Assembly (NCBI GenBank): GCA_051382335.1
Contig: JBBCAX010000367.1
Coordinates: 1 to 48,043 of the forward strand
DNA from: Deltaproteobacteria bacterium TL4
GTDB taxonomy: Bacteria > SAR324 > NAC60-12
DNA length: 48,043 nucleotides
Direction of reading: 5' to 3'
Of the stretch, positions 18,184 through 29,179 are shown one piece after another. How positions within the stretch are numbered: the first letter of the stretch is position 1; every line of letters starts with the position of its first letter. The position numbers were made by a program, and so were the translations under genes. Under the pieces are notes generated by a model that had not been told where the DNA came from, did no database searches, and saw only the letters and a list, made by a program, of their open reading frames with translations.

Positions 18184-20106
18184 TTATTCCACTATGATTT
18201 CCGAATCTTTAACGACTTTAGGAATGTGAGAAACAACGTTTGATAAATCCAAACTCTTCAAGTCGTTGATTAAAGAATGATCAGCGCTCAACGTCAAACT
18301 ATGATTTTGGAACCTGAAAAACAAATTATTTTTTTCATCATAGGTTCCAACAAATCCTGATCCCGCTTTATAAAAGGCAGGGTTAACTAAAAACTGAATC
18401 GATTGATACATGCTTTTGAACGAAGCCTGATCCTGATCCTCTGAGGGACTGTTGACAAACGCTTCTAACTCCGCTCGTGTCAACTGATAGCCATGAACCT
18501 GAATACTTTGCTTGAGTTGTGGAAACATAATAATTTCAAAAATCTCTTTTTTCGAAATATTGTCCTTCGGCCCCGTGATGAGGGGAACCGATTGAAACCA
18601 TTGATTAAGAACAAATGCTGAAGAAACCGATTGAAAAAATGGTCCAATTTCCGTATCTCCCACGTAATACGCTTTGGCTGCGTCATACTCCTCTTTTGTG
18701 AAAACTTTATTTTCAGAAAAAAGAGCTCCGATGTTGTCTCCCAAAACCCATTTCATGATAAAAAGGGCTTCCCGTTTTTCTTCCTCCAAGGTTTTATTTG
18801 CGCCTCCAATTCCTTCACTATCCACATCATCGACCTCATCTGCAAGCATTGTCAGCAACGAGTTGATTTGCTTTAACTGGATCTCTGTGAAGAGTTGTCC
18901 AATCGAATCATTCGTCCAGACATGGGTTGTATCGGTTGTGTTTTCCCCAGGGAGCGCGACAAAAAGCTTTGCTCCCTGTACGGTTCCTTCAATTGATTTG
19001 GCTTTAAACATATACATGCTTCGTTCTCCTCCCCAAAACAAAGTCTCCTGATTTAAACCTGCTTCCACCGCCCAACCCGGATGATAAGAAGTTCCATAAA
19101 CCGTAAAAATGTCAGCCTTTAAGTCCGCGTGAACAAAAACCTTATCCGGTTGGCCTAGATCCAACACGTCCTTCTGTGCTTGAGTTAACGTCGCCCAGTG
19201 TTGAGTTGCATAATCCCGCAGATTGCTTAAGTCTTGAATCAATTTGATGTCTAGGGACTTCGTAGGGGTTGTTCCATCAAAGGCCAGATCCACTTTTAAA
19301 GGAATAGAAATTCCAGTCATACCCGCTTGTGTCAATTCTTTGTCATCCTCTGTCATACTCCATAAAATACGCCCTTTGGCACTATCCTTTTCCAAAGTAA
19401 ATCGAAAAATCATCTCAGGCTGAGTCGCGTCCGCGGAAAATGTCAGGCTGACTTTCCATTCATATAACTCATTTTTCGGCTTTTCGACCTTGATTTTTCT
19501 TGGTGCATCCGGATCACCAGAATCTTCACCAAATTCAAATTCTTCACCCAAAGAAAGTGAACTCAACATGGGGTTATCAATCATATGAACCAGGAGTTCT
19601 TTAATTAAATCCTTCAGTTCCTCGGCTAATGAAATGTAGAGTGGAATCGTAGAGTAAATATCCACAAAAACATTCCCATGCACCTGCTCTCCTTCACGTC
19701 GAGAGAAGGATCTGCTTCCTGTTGATGAAGACGTAGCCAGTAAACTCTGGGGAAAATCAATCACAGCCGCACTGAGAGCGACCCGCGTTGTGGAATTAAA
19801 AACCTCTTCCGTTTCAGATTTTCCACCAGAAGTTGTGACTGTTGTTCCCGAGGTTGTTCCCCCGCTGCTTCCCGATGTTTGAGAAGAACTGGACGTTGTC
19901 TCATTGCTGTTAGCGGCCGAAGGCTGTGTTTCGTTGGTCAGGGTAGTGGCTTCTTCTCCTGTAATTCCAGGCGGTTGAGAAGTTTTATTCGAAGAATCAT
20001 TACTGGCTGTATTCTCACAGCCACCTCCCATAATAACCCATGTTGTCAGCATCATTATGAATGACTTTAATAATAGTTTATGCCTCATCATACCCTCCTT
20101 AGACAC
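18184..20106 (-). CDS. Large hypothetical lipoprotein with Ser/Thr-rich linker
   Basis: Hydrophobic leader ending GGGC, S/T/G-rich linker, 640-aa ORF. True start probably the ATG near 20090 (AAGGAGG upstream). Confidence 0.8.
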   Translation of the reverse strand: MSKEGMMRHKLLLKSFIMMLTTWVIMGGGCENTASNDSSNKTSQPPGITGEEATTLTNETQPSAANSNETTSSSSQTSGSSGGTTSGTTVTTSGGKSETEEVFNSTTRVALSAAVIDFPQSLLATSSSTGSRSFSRREGEQVHGNVFVDIYSTIPLYISLAEELKDLIKELLVHMIDNPMLSSLSLGEEFEFGEDSGDPDAPRKIKVEKPKNELYEWKVSLTFSADATQPEMIFRFTLEKDSAKGRILWSMTEDDKELTQAGMTGISIPLKVDLAFDGTTPTKSLDIKLIQDLSNLRDYATQHWATLTQAQKDVLDLGQPDKVFVHADLKADIFTVYGTSYHPGWAVEAGLNQETLFWGGERSMYMFKAKSIEGTVQGAKLFVALPGENTTDTTHVWTNDSIGQLFTEIQLKQINSLLTMLADEVDDVDSEGIGGANKTLEEEKREALFIMKWVLGDNIGALFSENKVFTKEEYDAAKAYYVGDTEIGPFFQSVSSAFVLNQWFQSVPLITGPKDNISKKEIFEIIMFPQLKQSIQVHGYQLTRAELEAFVNSPSEDQDQASFKSMYQSIQFLVNPAFYKAGSGFVGTYDEKNNLFFRFQNHSLTLSADHSLINDLKSLDLSNVVSHIPKVVKDSEIIVE

Positions 20107-20234
20107 AATTTTTTAAAAAGCAAGCATCTCCTATAAGACTGATAGCATATAAAAGTAATGACCCCAACAATTTTTGTGTCTTTTTTATTTCAGACAATTT
20201 CCTGCAGCCGCTCTGGTCAAGATCCAGTTGAGAT

Positions 20235-23204
20235 CTACTTTTGTTTACCGGAGTGTCTCACGTCTCCGCCAAACATGGGCCATTGGGCATTGCTGTCAAG
20301 ACCGCTGGTTCCGGTTTTTATTGAGACAAGCTTTCCGTCACCAGTACCGTAATAGAGATTACCGTTACCGTCGATAGCAGAGGCCGTATAGATTCCTTCC
20401 GCAACTTTCTCATGCCATATTTCCTGTCCCGACTTACTGAGGCAATAGACGGTGCCGTCTCGTACCCCTACATAAACATTTCCGTCAGAAGCCAGCAGTG
20501 CCGTACCTTCTATACCCGCAGAATCAAATTTCCAGTTCAGTATTCCGTTCTGATTCACGGAGTAGAAGTTGCCATCATATCCACCGATGTAAACATTTCC
20601 TGAATAATCGATGACAGGAGAACTGTTATAAACGATTCCAACACTGGACTTCCATTTCTGAGTACCGTTAGAATAAAGGGCGTAGAGATATCCGTCCTGT
20701 GAAGCCCCATAGACAGTTCCGTCCGTTCCGATGGAAAGTGACGCAGAAACGATACCATTGGTTTTAAACTCCCATTTTTTAGTTCCGTTACTGTTGATGG
20801 CATAAATCTTCTGATTAGGATTTGTATATCCTCCGCCTCCCAAATAGATGGTTCCATCCTTCGCGGTTACAGGGGTTGAATACATGTTGCCACCGGCGTC
20901 TTCCGTCTTAAAGTCCCAAGGTCTGAAACCGTCAGAAGCCCTCACCGTATGGAGTTTACCATCCTGACCTAAGGTATAGAGCGTGGTATTGTCGGGAGAG
21001 AAGGCCAGTCCTGAACTGGTACCCCAGACATCTTCAAATACAGTTTCCCATTTTTTGGTGCCATCCTGATTCAAGGCAAAGACTTTGCTGCTGGCGGTAC
21101 CTCCAATATAAATGACCCCGTCATTTCCAACAGTAAACGGTCTTGTCAGATTCGATTGTGATTGAAGAGATGTGGATGTTGTAAATTCCCAGTTTTTAGT
21201 TCCGGCTTGGCTGATTGAGAATACTTTTGCCTCAGAATTGCCTCCTGTATAAACCTCGTTATTGCTGCCCAATGCCGGATAGACATAGACAACGGTTGCA
21301 GAAACAGGATAACTCCAGTTCACCCTTGAGTCTGAGCTTTGAGAAAGTTCAATTCGGTCCACATTAATGTATCCTTCATCGCCAGTATCTTTTCTGATCT
21401 CAATAGTATTGTCTCCTTGAATCAGCGAAATGGTTTCCGAGACATAGGCCCAAACATCCCATGAATTGGTAGGGGAAAATGTTATTTGTTTGATTTTGAG
21501 ACCATTGACATAAAGGGAGTTTTTCTTTGTCCCGTTTCCTGCCGCATACCTTATTTTTAGAAAGACACTTGAGGACACCGGGGACTTGACTAGAAACAGA
21601 CACGAAGCCTCCATTCCTTCATATCCTGCAGTAAATCCTGAGCCAAAGTAATCCAAATGACCATTCATAATCCTGACACCGCCTGACAAAATAGCATCTT
21701 CCGCTTCATAAATACCATTTAATGTGGGAAGGGTCGCTGTTTTTAATTCAATTCGATCAATATTAATGGTTCCTTCATCATCGGCATCTCTTCTGATCTC
21801 AACGGTATTGACCCCCTTAATTATCGTAATGGTTTCCGAGACATCGGCCCAGATTTCCCATGAGGCGGTATCTGGAAAGGAGAGTTGTTTAATCTTTGTT
21901 CCGTTGACATAAAGTGAGTTTTTCTTGGTTCCGTACCCTGCCGAATACCTTATTTTCAAAACGACACTTGAAGAAATTTCCGAAGTGTCGGTAAACAGAC
22001 ACGAAGCCGCTGTTCCGTCAAAACCTGCCGCAAACCCTGTACCTGAATAGCCTGAATGATCACTCATAATCTTGATCCCGACGCCTGACAAAACAGCATC
22101 TTCCGCTTCATAAACACCGTTTGAGCTGGGGGTGATGGCCGTTGTTAATTCAATGTTTTCACTATCGCTGTAAGAAATATTGCCAGCAGCATCCTTGAAC
22201 CAGACGTAGATGGTTTTGATCCAATTGCCGCTGCTCAAGGTGAAGGGGATGGTTGCGGAATAGTTGGTAGTGGACGTTACCACGACCCAGCCTGAAACAC
22301 CCGCAGAGGGAACGGTAGCATTTTCTGAAACGTAATAAGCGGTGACTCCGGTATCATCAGTCGCTGACAAGGCCAGGCTCACGGAGGAGGAAGAACTCGA
22401 TGTCGCTCCACCATTAATGATGATAGAAGGATTACCAGGCACAGTTGTGTCTTTTACGGTTCCAGAATTCGAAATACAAAGCTGAGGCATGGCCTGGGTT
22501 TTACCGAAAGTCTTGGAACCCCCTGACGGCGGACTCATCAACAAATGATCGTCCTGCATCACTAGCGTCAAGGCTTCCTGTCCAACACAATTAAGGGTTG
22601 TTCCTGTCAGTCTGCAGCTTGCCTTGACTTCGGTAGGCCCCCCCAGATAGCACAGGCTACCTGAACTATCTGATTTTATCTCATAAAACATGGAAGATGC
22701 GGCTTCATAATGTTGCCAGATTCCTACAAATGCCGGTGTGACGGGTTTGGATGAGTCCTCGACTGTTGTTCCCGAATCTGAAAGGCAAGGCTGAGGCATT
22801 GCATTGGTTTTACCGAAAGTCTCGGGAAATCCTGATGAGGAACTCATCACCAAAAGTTCGTCCTGCATTACCAAAGTCAAGGGTTCCTTTCCAACACAAT
22901 TAAGGGTTGTTCCCGTTAGGCTACAGCTTGTCTTCTGGACGGCTTTGGTCACGCTGTCAAGATTACATAGACCACCTGAACCATCTGATTTTATTTCATA
23001 AAACATGGAAGCAGATGTTTCATAATGTTGCCAGATTCCTACAAATGAGGGTTCAATGGGTTTGGACGATTCTCCAGAGGTATCAGCCGTTGTTTTTTCT
23101 TGATCCTTTTCTGAGGATTGGGGAAGATTATCAGCACTGCAACCCCAAACGAATAAAAATAGTGGACATACGATCCACATCCAATATTTAAATACGGGAT
23201 TCAT
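20235..23204 (-). CDS. Modular lipoprotein: duplicated ~100-aa domain, Ig-like module, two CBM35/CBM6-like modules, PQQ-like beta-propeller
   Basis: Lipobox-like VWGC; FVGIWQHYE...TFGKT.AMPQ.C twice; YEAEDA...GYSGTGF...IRYSAG...LYVNG...W..W...INIDRI twice; repeated DGTIY.G/KKWEF propeller blades. Confidence 0.85.
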   Translation of the reverse strand: MNPVFKYWMWIVCPLFLFVWGCSADNLPQSSEKDQEKTTADTSGESSKPIEPSFVGIWQHYETSASMFYEIKSDGSGGLCNLDSVTKAVQKTSCSLTGTTLNCVGKEPLTLVMQDELLVMSSSSGFPETFGKTNAMPQPCLSDSGTTVEDSSKPVTPAFVGIWQHYEAASSMFYEIKSDSSGSLCYLGGPTEVKASCRLTGTTLNCVGQEALTLVMQDDHLLMSPPSGGSKTFGKTQAMPQLCISNSGTVKDTTVPGNPSIIINGGATSSSSSSVSLALSATDDTGVTAYYVSENATVPSAGVSGWVVVTSTTNYSATIPFTLSSGNWIKTIYVWFKDAAGNISYSDSENIELTTAITPSSNGVYEAEDAVLSGVGIKIMSDHSGYSGTGFAAGFDGTAASCLFTDTSEISSSVVLKIRYSAGYGTKKNSLYVNGTKIKQLSFPDTASWEIWADVSETITIIKGVNTVEIRRDADDEGTINIDRIELKTATLPTLNGIYEAEDAILSGGVRIMNGHLDYFGSGFTAGYEGMEASCLFLVKSPVSSSVFLKIRYAAGNGTKKNSLYVNGLKIKQITFSPTNSWDVWAYVSETISLIQGDNTIEIRKDTGDEGYINVDRIELSQSSDSRVNWSYPVSATVVYVYPALGSNNEVYTGGNSEAKVFSISQAGTKNWEFTTSTSLQSQSNLTRPFTVGNDGVIYIGGTASSKVFALNQDGTKKWETVFEDVWGTSSGLAFSPDNTTLYTLGQDGKLHTVRASDGFRPWDFKTEDAGGNMYSTPVTAKDGTIYLGGGGYTNPNQKIYAINSNGTKKWEFKTNGIVSASLSIGTDGTVYGASQDGYLYALYSNGTQKWKSSVGIVYNSSPVIDYSGNVYIGGYDGNFYSVNQNGILNWKFDSAGIEGTALLASDGNVYVGVRDGTVYCLSKSGQEIWHEKVAEGIYTASAIDGNGNLYYGTGDGKLVSIKTGTSGLDSNAQWPMFGGDVRHSGKQK

Positions 23205-23785
23205 ATAACTCCTATGGATACGGTTTAGCTTTGGTCTTATTTTTCCAAAGTTATTTTTTATTGGCTCGGCATGAGGTCAGGGTAAATCTAAATCATGCGC
23301 CTATTATATCCGGGCATTATATCTAATTGGAATGGATTATGTGGAAATATTTTTACAGGAATCTTCTGAATTTAACTTGATTTTTTGCATAATCAACTCT
23401 TGGTATATACTTTAAGTATTAACCTTCTAACATGTTTATTTTATTGAAACAATTCCCACTTTATTTCTTGGAAACCATTCTGTCAAGATGACTTTTTTGG
23501 ACGCTCAGCTTTTGTGCTTTCTGCTTTTTTTGAGAGTTATCACCAGTCGGGAAAAAGGCTCATTCCAAACACGTTTTAGAAACGGAACCTCAAGTTAAAC
23601 GAATAGAACCGCATCGGATTAAATCAAGTGAAGGAACGATAATTTAGATTCATCTTGAAAATCCACAGAAACTGTCCGATTCTCAAGCTTCTTTTTTCAG
23701 CGACCACCTCCTTCCTGATTTGCCTGATGGGGAAGCGCGATTTCGGCAATATTATGGAGTACATCCATTCGAGGGTAAACTAAAT

Positions 23786-25693
23786 TTGTCACACAATACA
23801 GAAACTCACCCCGCTCCTTTTGGTACTGTACTGGGATATGCGCCAGGTAAGGTAGCGGTATATTCGTCCGACTACAACTCTGCCTCAGAGGAAGAATATC
23901 CTAAACGCAGCTCCTTTCGCAGTTATATTGATGGTATTTACATGGGGTACAAATGGCAGTGCGTAGAGCTTGCGCGCCGATGGCTGTATCTTAACAAAGG
24001 CTACGTCTTTGACGATGTGGCCATGGCATACAATATATTTGAGCTGAGGACTGTGAGAGACGTTAGAACCAATACCCGTCTCCCTTTGTACTCTTTTCGG
24101 AACGGTTCCAAAAATCATCCGCAACCCGGGAGTTTATTGATCTGGAAAGAGGGCGGCGAATTTCGAAATACAGGGCATGTTGCTGTGATAACTGAAGTTT
24201 TCCCTGATCGCTTGCGTGTGGCAGAGCAAAACGTAGGACACCGTATTTGGCCAGAAGGACAATCTTACAGTCGAGAATTGCGTGCCCAAGTTACAAGTGA
24301 GGGGGGCTATTGGTTAGAATGTTCCTACGAAGACACCACTATTTTGGGCTGGGTAACACAAACGGCTGATGGTAATTTTGCGGAACCAAATGTCGATTTT
24401 GATGGGAAATTATTCACGTTACAAAGTCGTAGAGCGAAGGAACAAGGTCAGGCTCAAAAGTCATGGTTGGATATGACCAATGACGATGAAGCCGCTTACG
24501 TGAAAATGATGAAAGGTCACAAATTAACAAGTGTCGATGAGGATCAGCATCGCTACTACACTTTGTCACTCACAGCCCAGCGTGAGTTGGAACGCGCGAC
24601 CAATGAGCTTCATGGTTTATTCATGCACGCCACAGATTATGTGCTTGAAAACGAAGAACTGTTACAAAATTTCAATTTGCCGCACGCGATTCTGCGCAAA
24701 ATACGTCAGTCGTGGGATAACCGACTGAACCAACTGATCACAAGCCGGTTTGATTTTTCAATGACCCAACAAGGGTTGAAGGTTTACGAGTATAATTGTG
24801 ATTCGGCTTCCTGCTTTATGGAGTGTGGAAAGATTCAAGGGAAGTGGGCCCAGTATTATGGTGTTGAGGAAGGGATCGACGCCGGTAAAGAATTATTCGA
24901 CGATCTGGCTCAAGCATGGCGAAAAAGCAAAGTTACGGGCTTGCTGCATATTTTACACGATGATGACGCCGAGGAAAAATACCACGCCTTATTCATGAAA
25001 GAAACCTTAAAAGCTGCGGGTATTCGATGCCGGGTAATTACTCGGTTGGAGGATCTGGTTTGGGACGCACAGGGCAATATCCTTGACCAAGAAGGTGAGA
25101 GAATAAATTGGGTTTGGAAAACCTGGTCATGGGAAACCGCCCTTGATCAAATCCGTTCTGAATGCGAAACGGATGATTTTTCCCAACAGACTTATGAACC
25201 CACTTGGAAACAAGGCTCGGCCCCGCGACTGTCAGACGTGTTGTTGCATGATAAAGTGATGGTATTTGAACCTTTGTGGACGTTAATCCCAAGCAATAAG
25301 GCCATCTTGCCCGTACTTTGGTCCATGTTTCCTAACCATCCACTCTTGCTCCATACAGACTTTGCCTTAACCCCCGAGTTGCTGACTCACGGATATGTAC
25401 GCAAACCCATCGTTGGGCGTTGCGGTCAAAATATTCAATTATTCGATGAACATGAGGATGTAATAGAGGCCACTACCGGAGGATTTATCTCACAACACCA
25501 AATTTATCAACAATTATTCCCGTTGCCTCTGGTGGAGGACTATCATGTTCAAGTTTGCACGTTCACAGCCGCAGGTGTTTATTCTGGCAGTTGTTTGCGT
25601 GTGGATCAATCAATGATTATCGGCAAAAACAGTGATTGTATGGCCTTGCGTTTTGTCAATGACGAAGAATTTATTCGAGGATCCTCTGATTAA
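23786..25693 (+). CDS. gsp: Bifunctional glutathionylspermidine amidase (CHAP)/synthetase
   Basis: PFGTVLGYAPG, YMGYKWQCVELARR, GHVAVI, AEQN, RFDF, YEYNCDSASC, WKTWSWET, EPLWTLIPSNKAILP and KPIVGRCG motifs. TTG start at 23786 chosen because of GAGGG upstream (ORF track begins 23720). Confidence 0.93.
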   Translation: MSHNTETHPAPFGTVLGYAPGKVAVYSSDYNSASEEEYPKRSSFRSYIDGIYMGYKWQCVELARRWLYLNKGYVFDDVAMAYNIFELRTVRDVRTNTRLPLYSFRNGSKNHPQPGSLLIWKEGGEFRNTGHVAVITEVFPDRLRVAEQNVGHRIWPEGQSYSRELRAQVTSEGGYWLECSYEDTTILGWVTQTADGNFAEPNVDFDGKLFTLQSRRAKEQGQAQKSWLDMTNDDEAAYVKMMKGHKLTSVDEDQHRYYTLSLTAQRELERATNELHGLFMHATDYVLENEELLQNFNLPHAILRKIRQSWDNRLNQLITSRFDFSMTQQGLKVYEYNCDSASCFMECGKIQGKWAQYYGVEEGIDAGKELFDDLAQAWRKSKVTGLLHILHDDDAEEKYHALFMKETLKAAGIRCRVITRLEDLVWDAQGNILDQEGERINWVWKTWSWETALDQIRSECETDDFSQQTYEPTWKQGSAPRLSDVLLHDKVMVFEPLWTLIPSNKAILPVLWSMFPNHPLLLHTDFALTPELLTHGYVRKPIVGRCGQNIQLFDEHEDVIEATTGGFISQHQIYQQLFPLPLVEDYHVQVCTFTAAGVYSGSCLRVDQSMIIGKNSDCMALRFVNDEEFIRGSSD

Positions 25694-26109
25694 TTCCAGT
25701 CCGTGTTATAGATGGACGGTCATTAAAATAAAGTAACCGTTCATCCCTTTGAAGAGATTCTACCATTTTTTCAGTTGCCGAACCCTGATTGAGTAGTTTG
25801 GCTGCTTGTACCCCTCTTTGAACCTCCGCGATTTGTTCCATAATTTGTGCTGCCCTAAACTCCACCAAAACGGTTAGCGTCGTGTTTTCTCTGAAGTAAC
25901 AGAATAAATTCTCCGCTTTCAAAGCGATTATCAGTTCCTTTCCTATTCACATATCAACATAATGACTATATATATTATATTTTTAACTATTTAAAAATAA
26001 TATTGACAATTAATATAATATATTTACTATTTCCGTGTTTTTAACTATTTTATCTATTATCCACTTAAAATTTCACTGCCAAGCGTCGCAGCAAAGAAAG
26101 CATTGTATC

Positions 26110-26973
26110 ATGATTAACCAGCACCAAGTTGAGATTGTAAGAAACGAGACAGCTCTTTTCGAAAGTGGTCGGGGAAAAGGGATGTATATGAAAAATATAA
26201 AACCCTATACGGATTTCGTCCTAAAGATACTTACAAAAAAAGCTGAACTCATAAATGGAGAACTTCTACTGCCCCTTGATGGTCGTCCGGTAGTTGCCAT
26301 TGTGTCACATGGTCCAGGTTTTTCCTGGATTCCCATTCCAGCACTTATCGGGAAGGTTTATATGGATAATGGGTTTGGTGAAACGATAGGAGGGATGTTT
26401 CCCCATAAAGTGATGTTTTTGATTCCCGGTCTTAAACGATACTATAAAAAACGGTTAGGAGCGCCAACAGAAGTAAAGAACGTAGCTGATATTGTTCAAC
26501 TATTAATAAATAAAGAAATTGGTCTGATAGGTACAGCCCCGGAAGGCGCAAATTGCCTTCTATCCTACAAGGAGTATGTTGCCCCATTTCGATCCAAGGG
26601 AATGATCGCGGCAGCAATAAAGGCTGATGCGAATATATGTTTATTAGCTCACCAAGGCGCAGAGGACTGGAATATCATCATCAAGATGCCTTTTGGATGG
26701 ACAGTTCCTTTGACAAACGGGGTACGTGGTTTCAATATTACCTTTCTGCCCTACAAGAAAATTGATCATTATATCGCTTTGTGTCGACGATATATTCCTT
26801 CAATCACCTCACAAGAATTTGAAAACAAAACGAAAGGAGAAGCCAGACTACTTTTGAATATCGAAATTGAGAAAATACGAACGGAAATGAACCTGATGAC
26901 CGAAGAAGTAAAGCGAATGCTCATAAAGCCAAAAAAACTGCCCTACTTCATAAGAAATCTGATGCCCCAATAA
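26110..26973 (+). CDS. Acyltransferase-like protein (PlsC/DGAT2 superfamily, divergent)
   Basis: VSHG and APEGA motifs, FRSKG; in tandem with a clearer acyltransferase. Start uncertain. Confidence 0.6.
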   Translation: MINQHQVEIVRNETALFESGRGKGMYMKNIKPYTDFVLKILTKKAELINGELLLPLDGRPVVAIVSHGPGFSWIPIPALIGKVYMDNGFGETIGGMFPHKVMFLIPGLKRYYKKRLGAPTEVKNVADIVQLLINKEIGLIGTAPEGANCLLSYKEYVAPFRSKGMIAAAIKADANICLLAHQGAEDWNIIIKMPFGWTVPLTNGVRGFNITFLPYKKIDHYIALCRRYIPSITSQEFENKTKGEARLLLNIEIEKIRTEMNLMTEEVKRMLIKPKKLPYFIRNLMPQ

Positions 26974-26986
26974 AAGGAGAAAAACA

Positions 26987-27919
26987 ATGCAGAGCACTAT
27001 TTTAAGGAAAACACCTGAGAATCACTTTCAAGGAGCTCAGAATTTGTCGAAAAAAGTCAAGATTGAGTTAGATTCCAGGGATCAAAAATTCAAGCAGATG
27101 ATCCCCCAAAGAGTTCATAAGACCCTCGGCAATCAAATTCAAAAAAATACGATAGAACCTCAGAAATACGATGTTATCGGAAAACCTGGCAGGATCTGGG
27201 ATTTTCTTTTAGATTATTACTTCCGCACCGAGGTAACAGGATGGGAACGTCTCCCTGACAGTCCTTCCATGTTGGTGGGAATTCATTCAGGGACTTGGCT
27301 GACGATGGATGCCTGGACCTTCTGCGCAGAATGGGCAAGAAGATATAAGGGAGAGCGGATTCTTCATGGTACGGCTCATGATATCTTGATGGCATTACCT
27401 GGACTGGGGAGTTATTTCAGAAAGGAAGGCGTGATTCCAGCGACACGTGAGTCTGTTACAGGAGCTTTTGCCGCTGGTCACGATGTGGTAATTTGGCCTG
27501 GTGGGGAATTGGATGCGATGCGTTCCTGGTCCAAGCGAAATCGTGTTGTTCTTGGAGGTCGCAAAGGGTTTATCCGGCAAGCTATTCGGTCGGGAGTGCC
27601 TATTGTTCCGGTTGCGACGATTGGGGGCGCTAATACCGTGATTGTCCTCTCGGAATGCAGACGTCTTGCAAAAATACTTGGTTTGAAAACCCTTTTGAGA
27701 AGTGAAATTTTTCCGCTGGTCTTGGGTTTTCCCTTTGGGATTGCCTTTGAGGCTCTTCCCCTGCACATTCCACTTCCAGCCAAGATCCGAACTAAAATAC
27801 TCGACCCCATTGAGATTGATTCTGATCCTGAGCGAGAAAACGATAACGACTATGTGGAAAAAAAGTATAAAGAAGTGGAGTCTCATATTCAGGAAGGCAT
27901 TAATCAACTTCTGATTTAA
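26987..27919 (+). CDS. Lysophospholipid/diacylglycerol acyltransferase (PlsC/DGAT2-like)
   Basis: YFRTEVTGWERLP, VGIHSG, WPGGELD, RKGFIRQAIRSGVPIVPVATIG and PLPAKI motifs; AGGAG SD. Confidence 0.88.
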   Translation: MQSTILRKTPENHFQGAQNLSKKVKIELDSRDQKFKQMIPQRVHKTLGNQIQKNTIEPQKYDVIGKPGRIWDFLLDYYFRTEVTGWERLPDSPSMLVGIHSGTWLTMDAWTFCAEWARRYKGERILHGTAHDILMALPGLGSYFRKEGVIPATRESVTGAFAAGHDVVIWPGGELDAMRSWSKRNRVVLGGRKGFIRQAIRSGVPIVPVATIGGANTVIVLSECRRLAKILGLKTLLRSEIFPLVLGFPFGIAFEALPLHIPLPAKIRTKILDPIEIDSDPERENDNDYVEKKYKEVESHIQEGINQLLI

Positions 27920-27943
27920 TTCCCATAGCCCCCCATCCCCTCC

Positions 27944-27969
27944 GTGACCGAGAAGGTACCCTCGGTCAC
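27944..27969. terminator. Hairpin downstream of the acyltransferase pair
   Basis: gtgaccgag/ctcggtcac perfect 9-bp stem; no strong U tract. Confidence 0.35.
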
Positions 27970-28182
27970 ATCCCTTCTTGGTGTTGCATGGGGCAAGCCA
28001 GTGGGTTTGAAGAATTGCCGTCGATAGTAGTTCCCGCACGAATGAGCAAGAGGGGTACGGTCAAAAGAAACAAAGAGGAGAACTCAAATTAAGGAAAAAA
28101 AATCGAAGTATGTCGAAAATACTCAGGACTTAGGGGATGTTTAAATGACAGAGAAGAAGGTTCCCAAAAAAATGATGACCTG

Positions 28183-28530
28183 CTAATAGGTTCTCGAATC
28201 TCCGCTATCCAGGCAGGTTTGATCCCCTTCAACCTTAATATCAACAATCATCTCCTCTCTTGTCAGAAACCGTACGGTACAACCGTCAACTCTGTCAGCT
28301 GTACCCTTCCCTCCAACACGTGAGACACTTGCGCGTTTGTGATAGACGTAAATCAACATATCACCCTGTTGGTTCAATTCGTCAGGGGGATAGCCCCATT
28401 TTTTCGAATCAAAAAGTGAACTGACAGGCCGTCCCTTCCAAGGCTCTAAACGTTGTTCAACGGTCAACTGAGGGACATAAACACACCCCGTAACAATGAC
28501 TGCACAGAAAAGGATTAAAGACCACTTCAC
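28183..28530 (-). CDS. Small lipoprotein
   Basis: Lipobox IVTGC, WGYP motif, two further Cys. Confidence 0.75.
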   Translation of the reverse strand: MKWSLILFCAVIVTGCVYVPQLTVEQRLEPWKGRPVSSLFDSKKWGYPPDELNQQGDMLIYVYHKRASVSRVGGKGTADRVDGCTVRFLTREEMIVDIKVEGDQTCLDSGDSRTY

Positions 28531-29179
28531 AAGACCTCTTTTTCAAAACTTTTCTTATGTCAAACAATATCACAACAGTACTTGCCGACTCGGAATTCAA
28601 CCGGGACAATTGCCGAAGCCACTCATTCAGATATCGTTGAGTATCGGGATTCAGAAAAGTTTGGAGGGTTTTAAAAATCGCACCATGCAGAAACAATAAA
28701 AGGGCGCTACCTTGCGTTCTACCAGCATACGAAACTTATCGGAGGAACACCAAGAAGACAGAAGACAATTCCCAGAGCCTTCTAACAGACGCAGAAAACA
28801 GGAAACGCTTTCCGCAGATGATCCCCCTCTCCCTCCCATGTAGGAAATCAGTATCAATAACACAAAAAGCACCAGCAGGACCAAAAACAAGTCCAGCCCT
28901 CCCATGTTCAAAAAGTCAGGCCAGTTCAATCCAAAACACCACACAGGCACGTCATCCCCGTAGATGCTTCTATAACGCTCATGTCACATTCCGGCGCTTC
29001 ATCCAAATTCTATCAACAATATCAGCGACAGAACTAAAGAATCCACCCCAGAACAAATATGAGCGTCCTGTATGAAGCATGAGCACTCTATCCCTCCTAC
29101 GGTTGTACAGCAGTTCAACCATTCACCGGTCTAGACGGACAATTGGCAAAAGTCAGAACGTCAATCTCTAAGGTAGAAA

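Noticed and set aside
27395..28039. 214-aa minus-strand ORF
   Set aside because: Antisense shadow of the acyltransferase gene.
28496..29075. Overlapping short ORFs on both strands
   Set aside because: Low-complexity composition and no recognisable domain; cannot choose a real frame.
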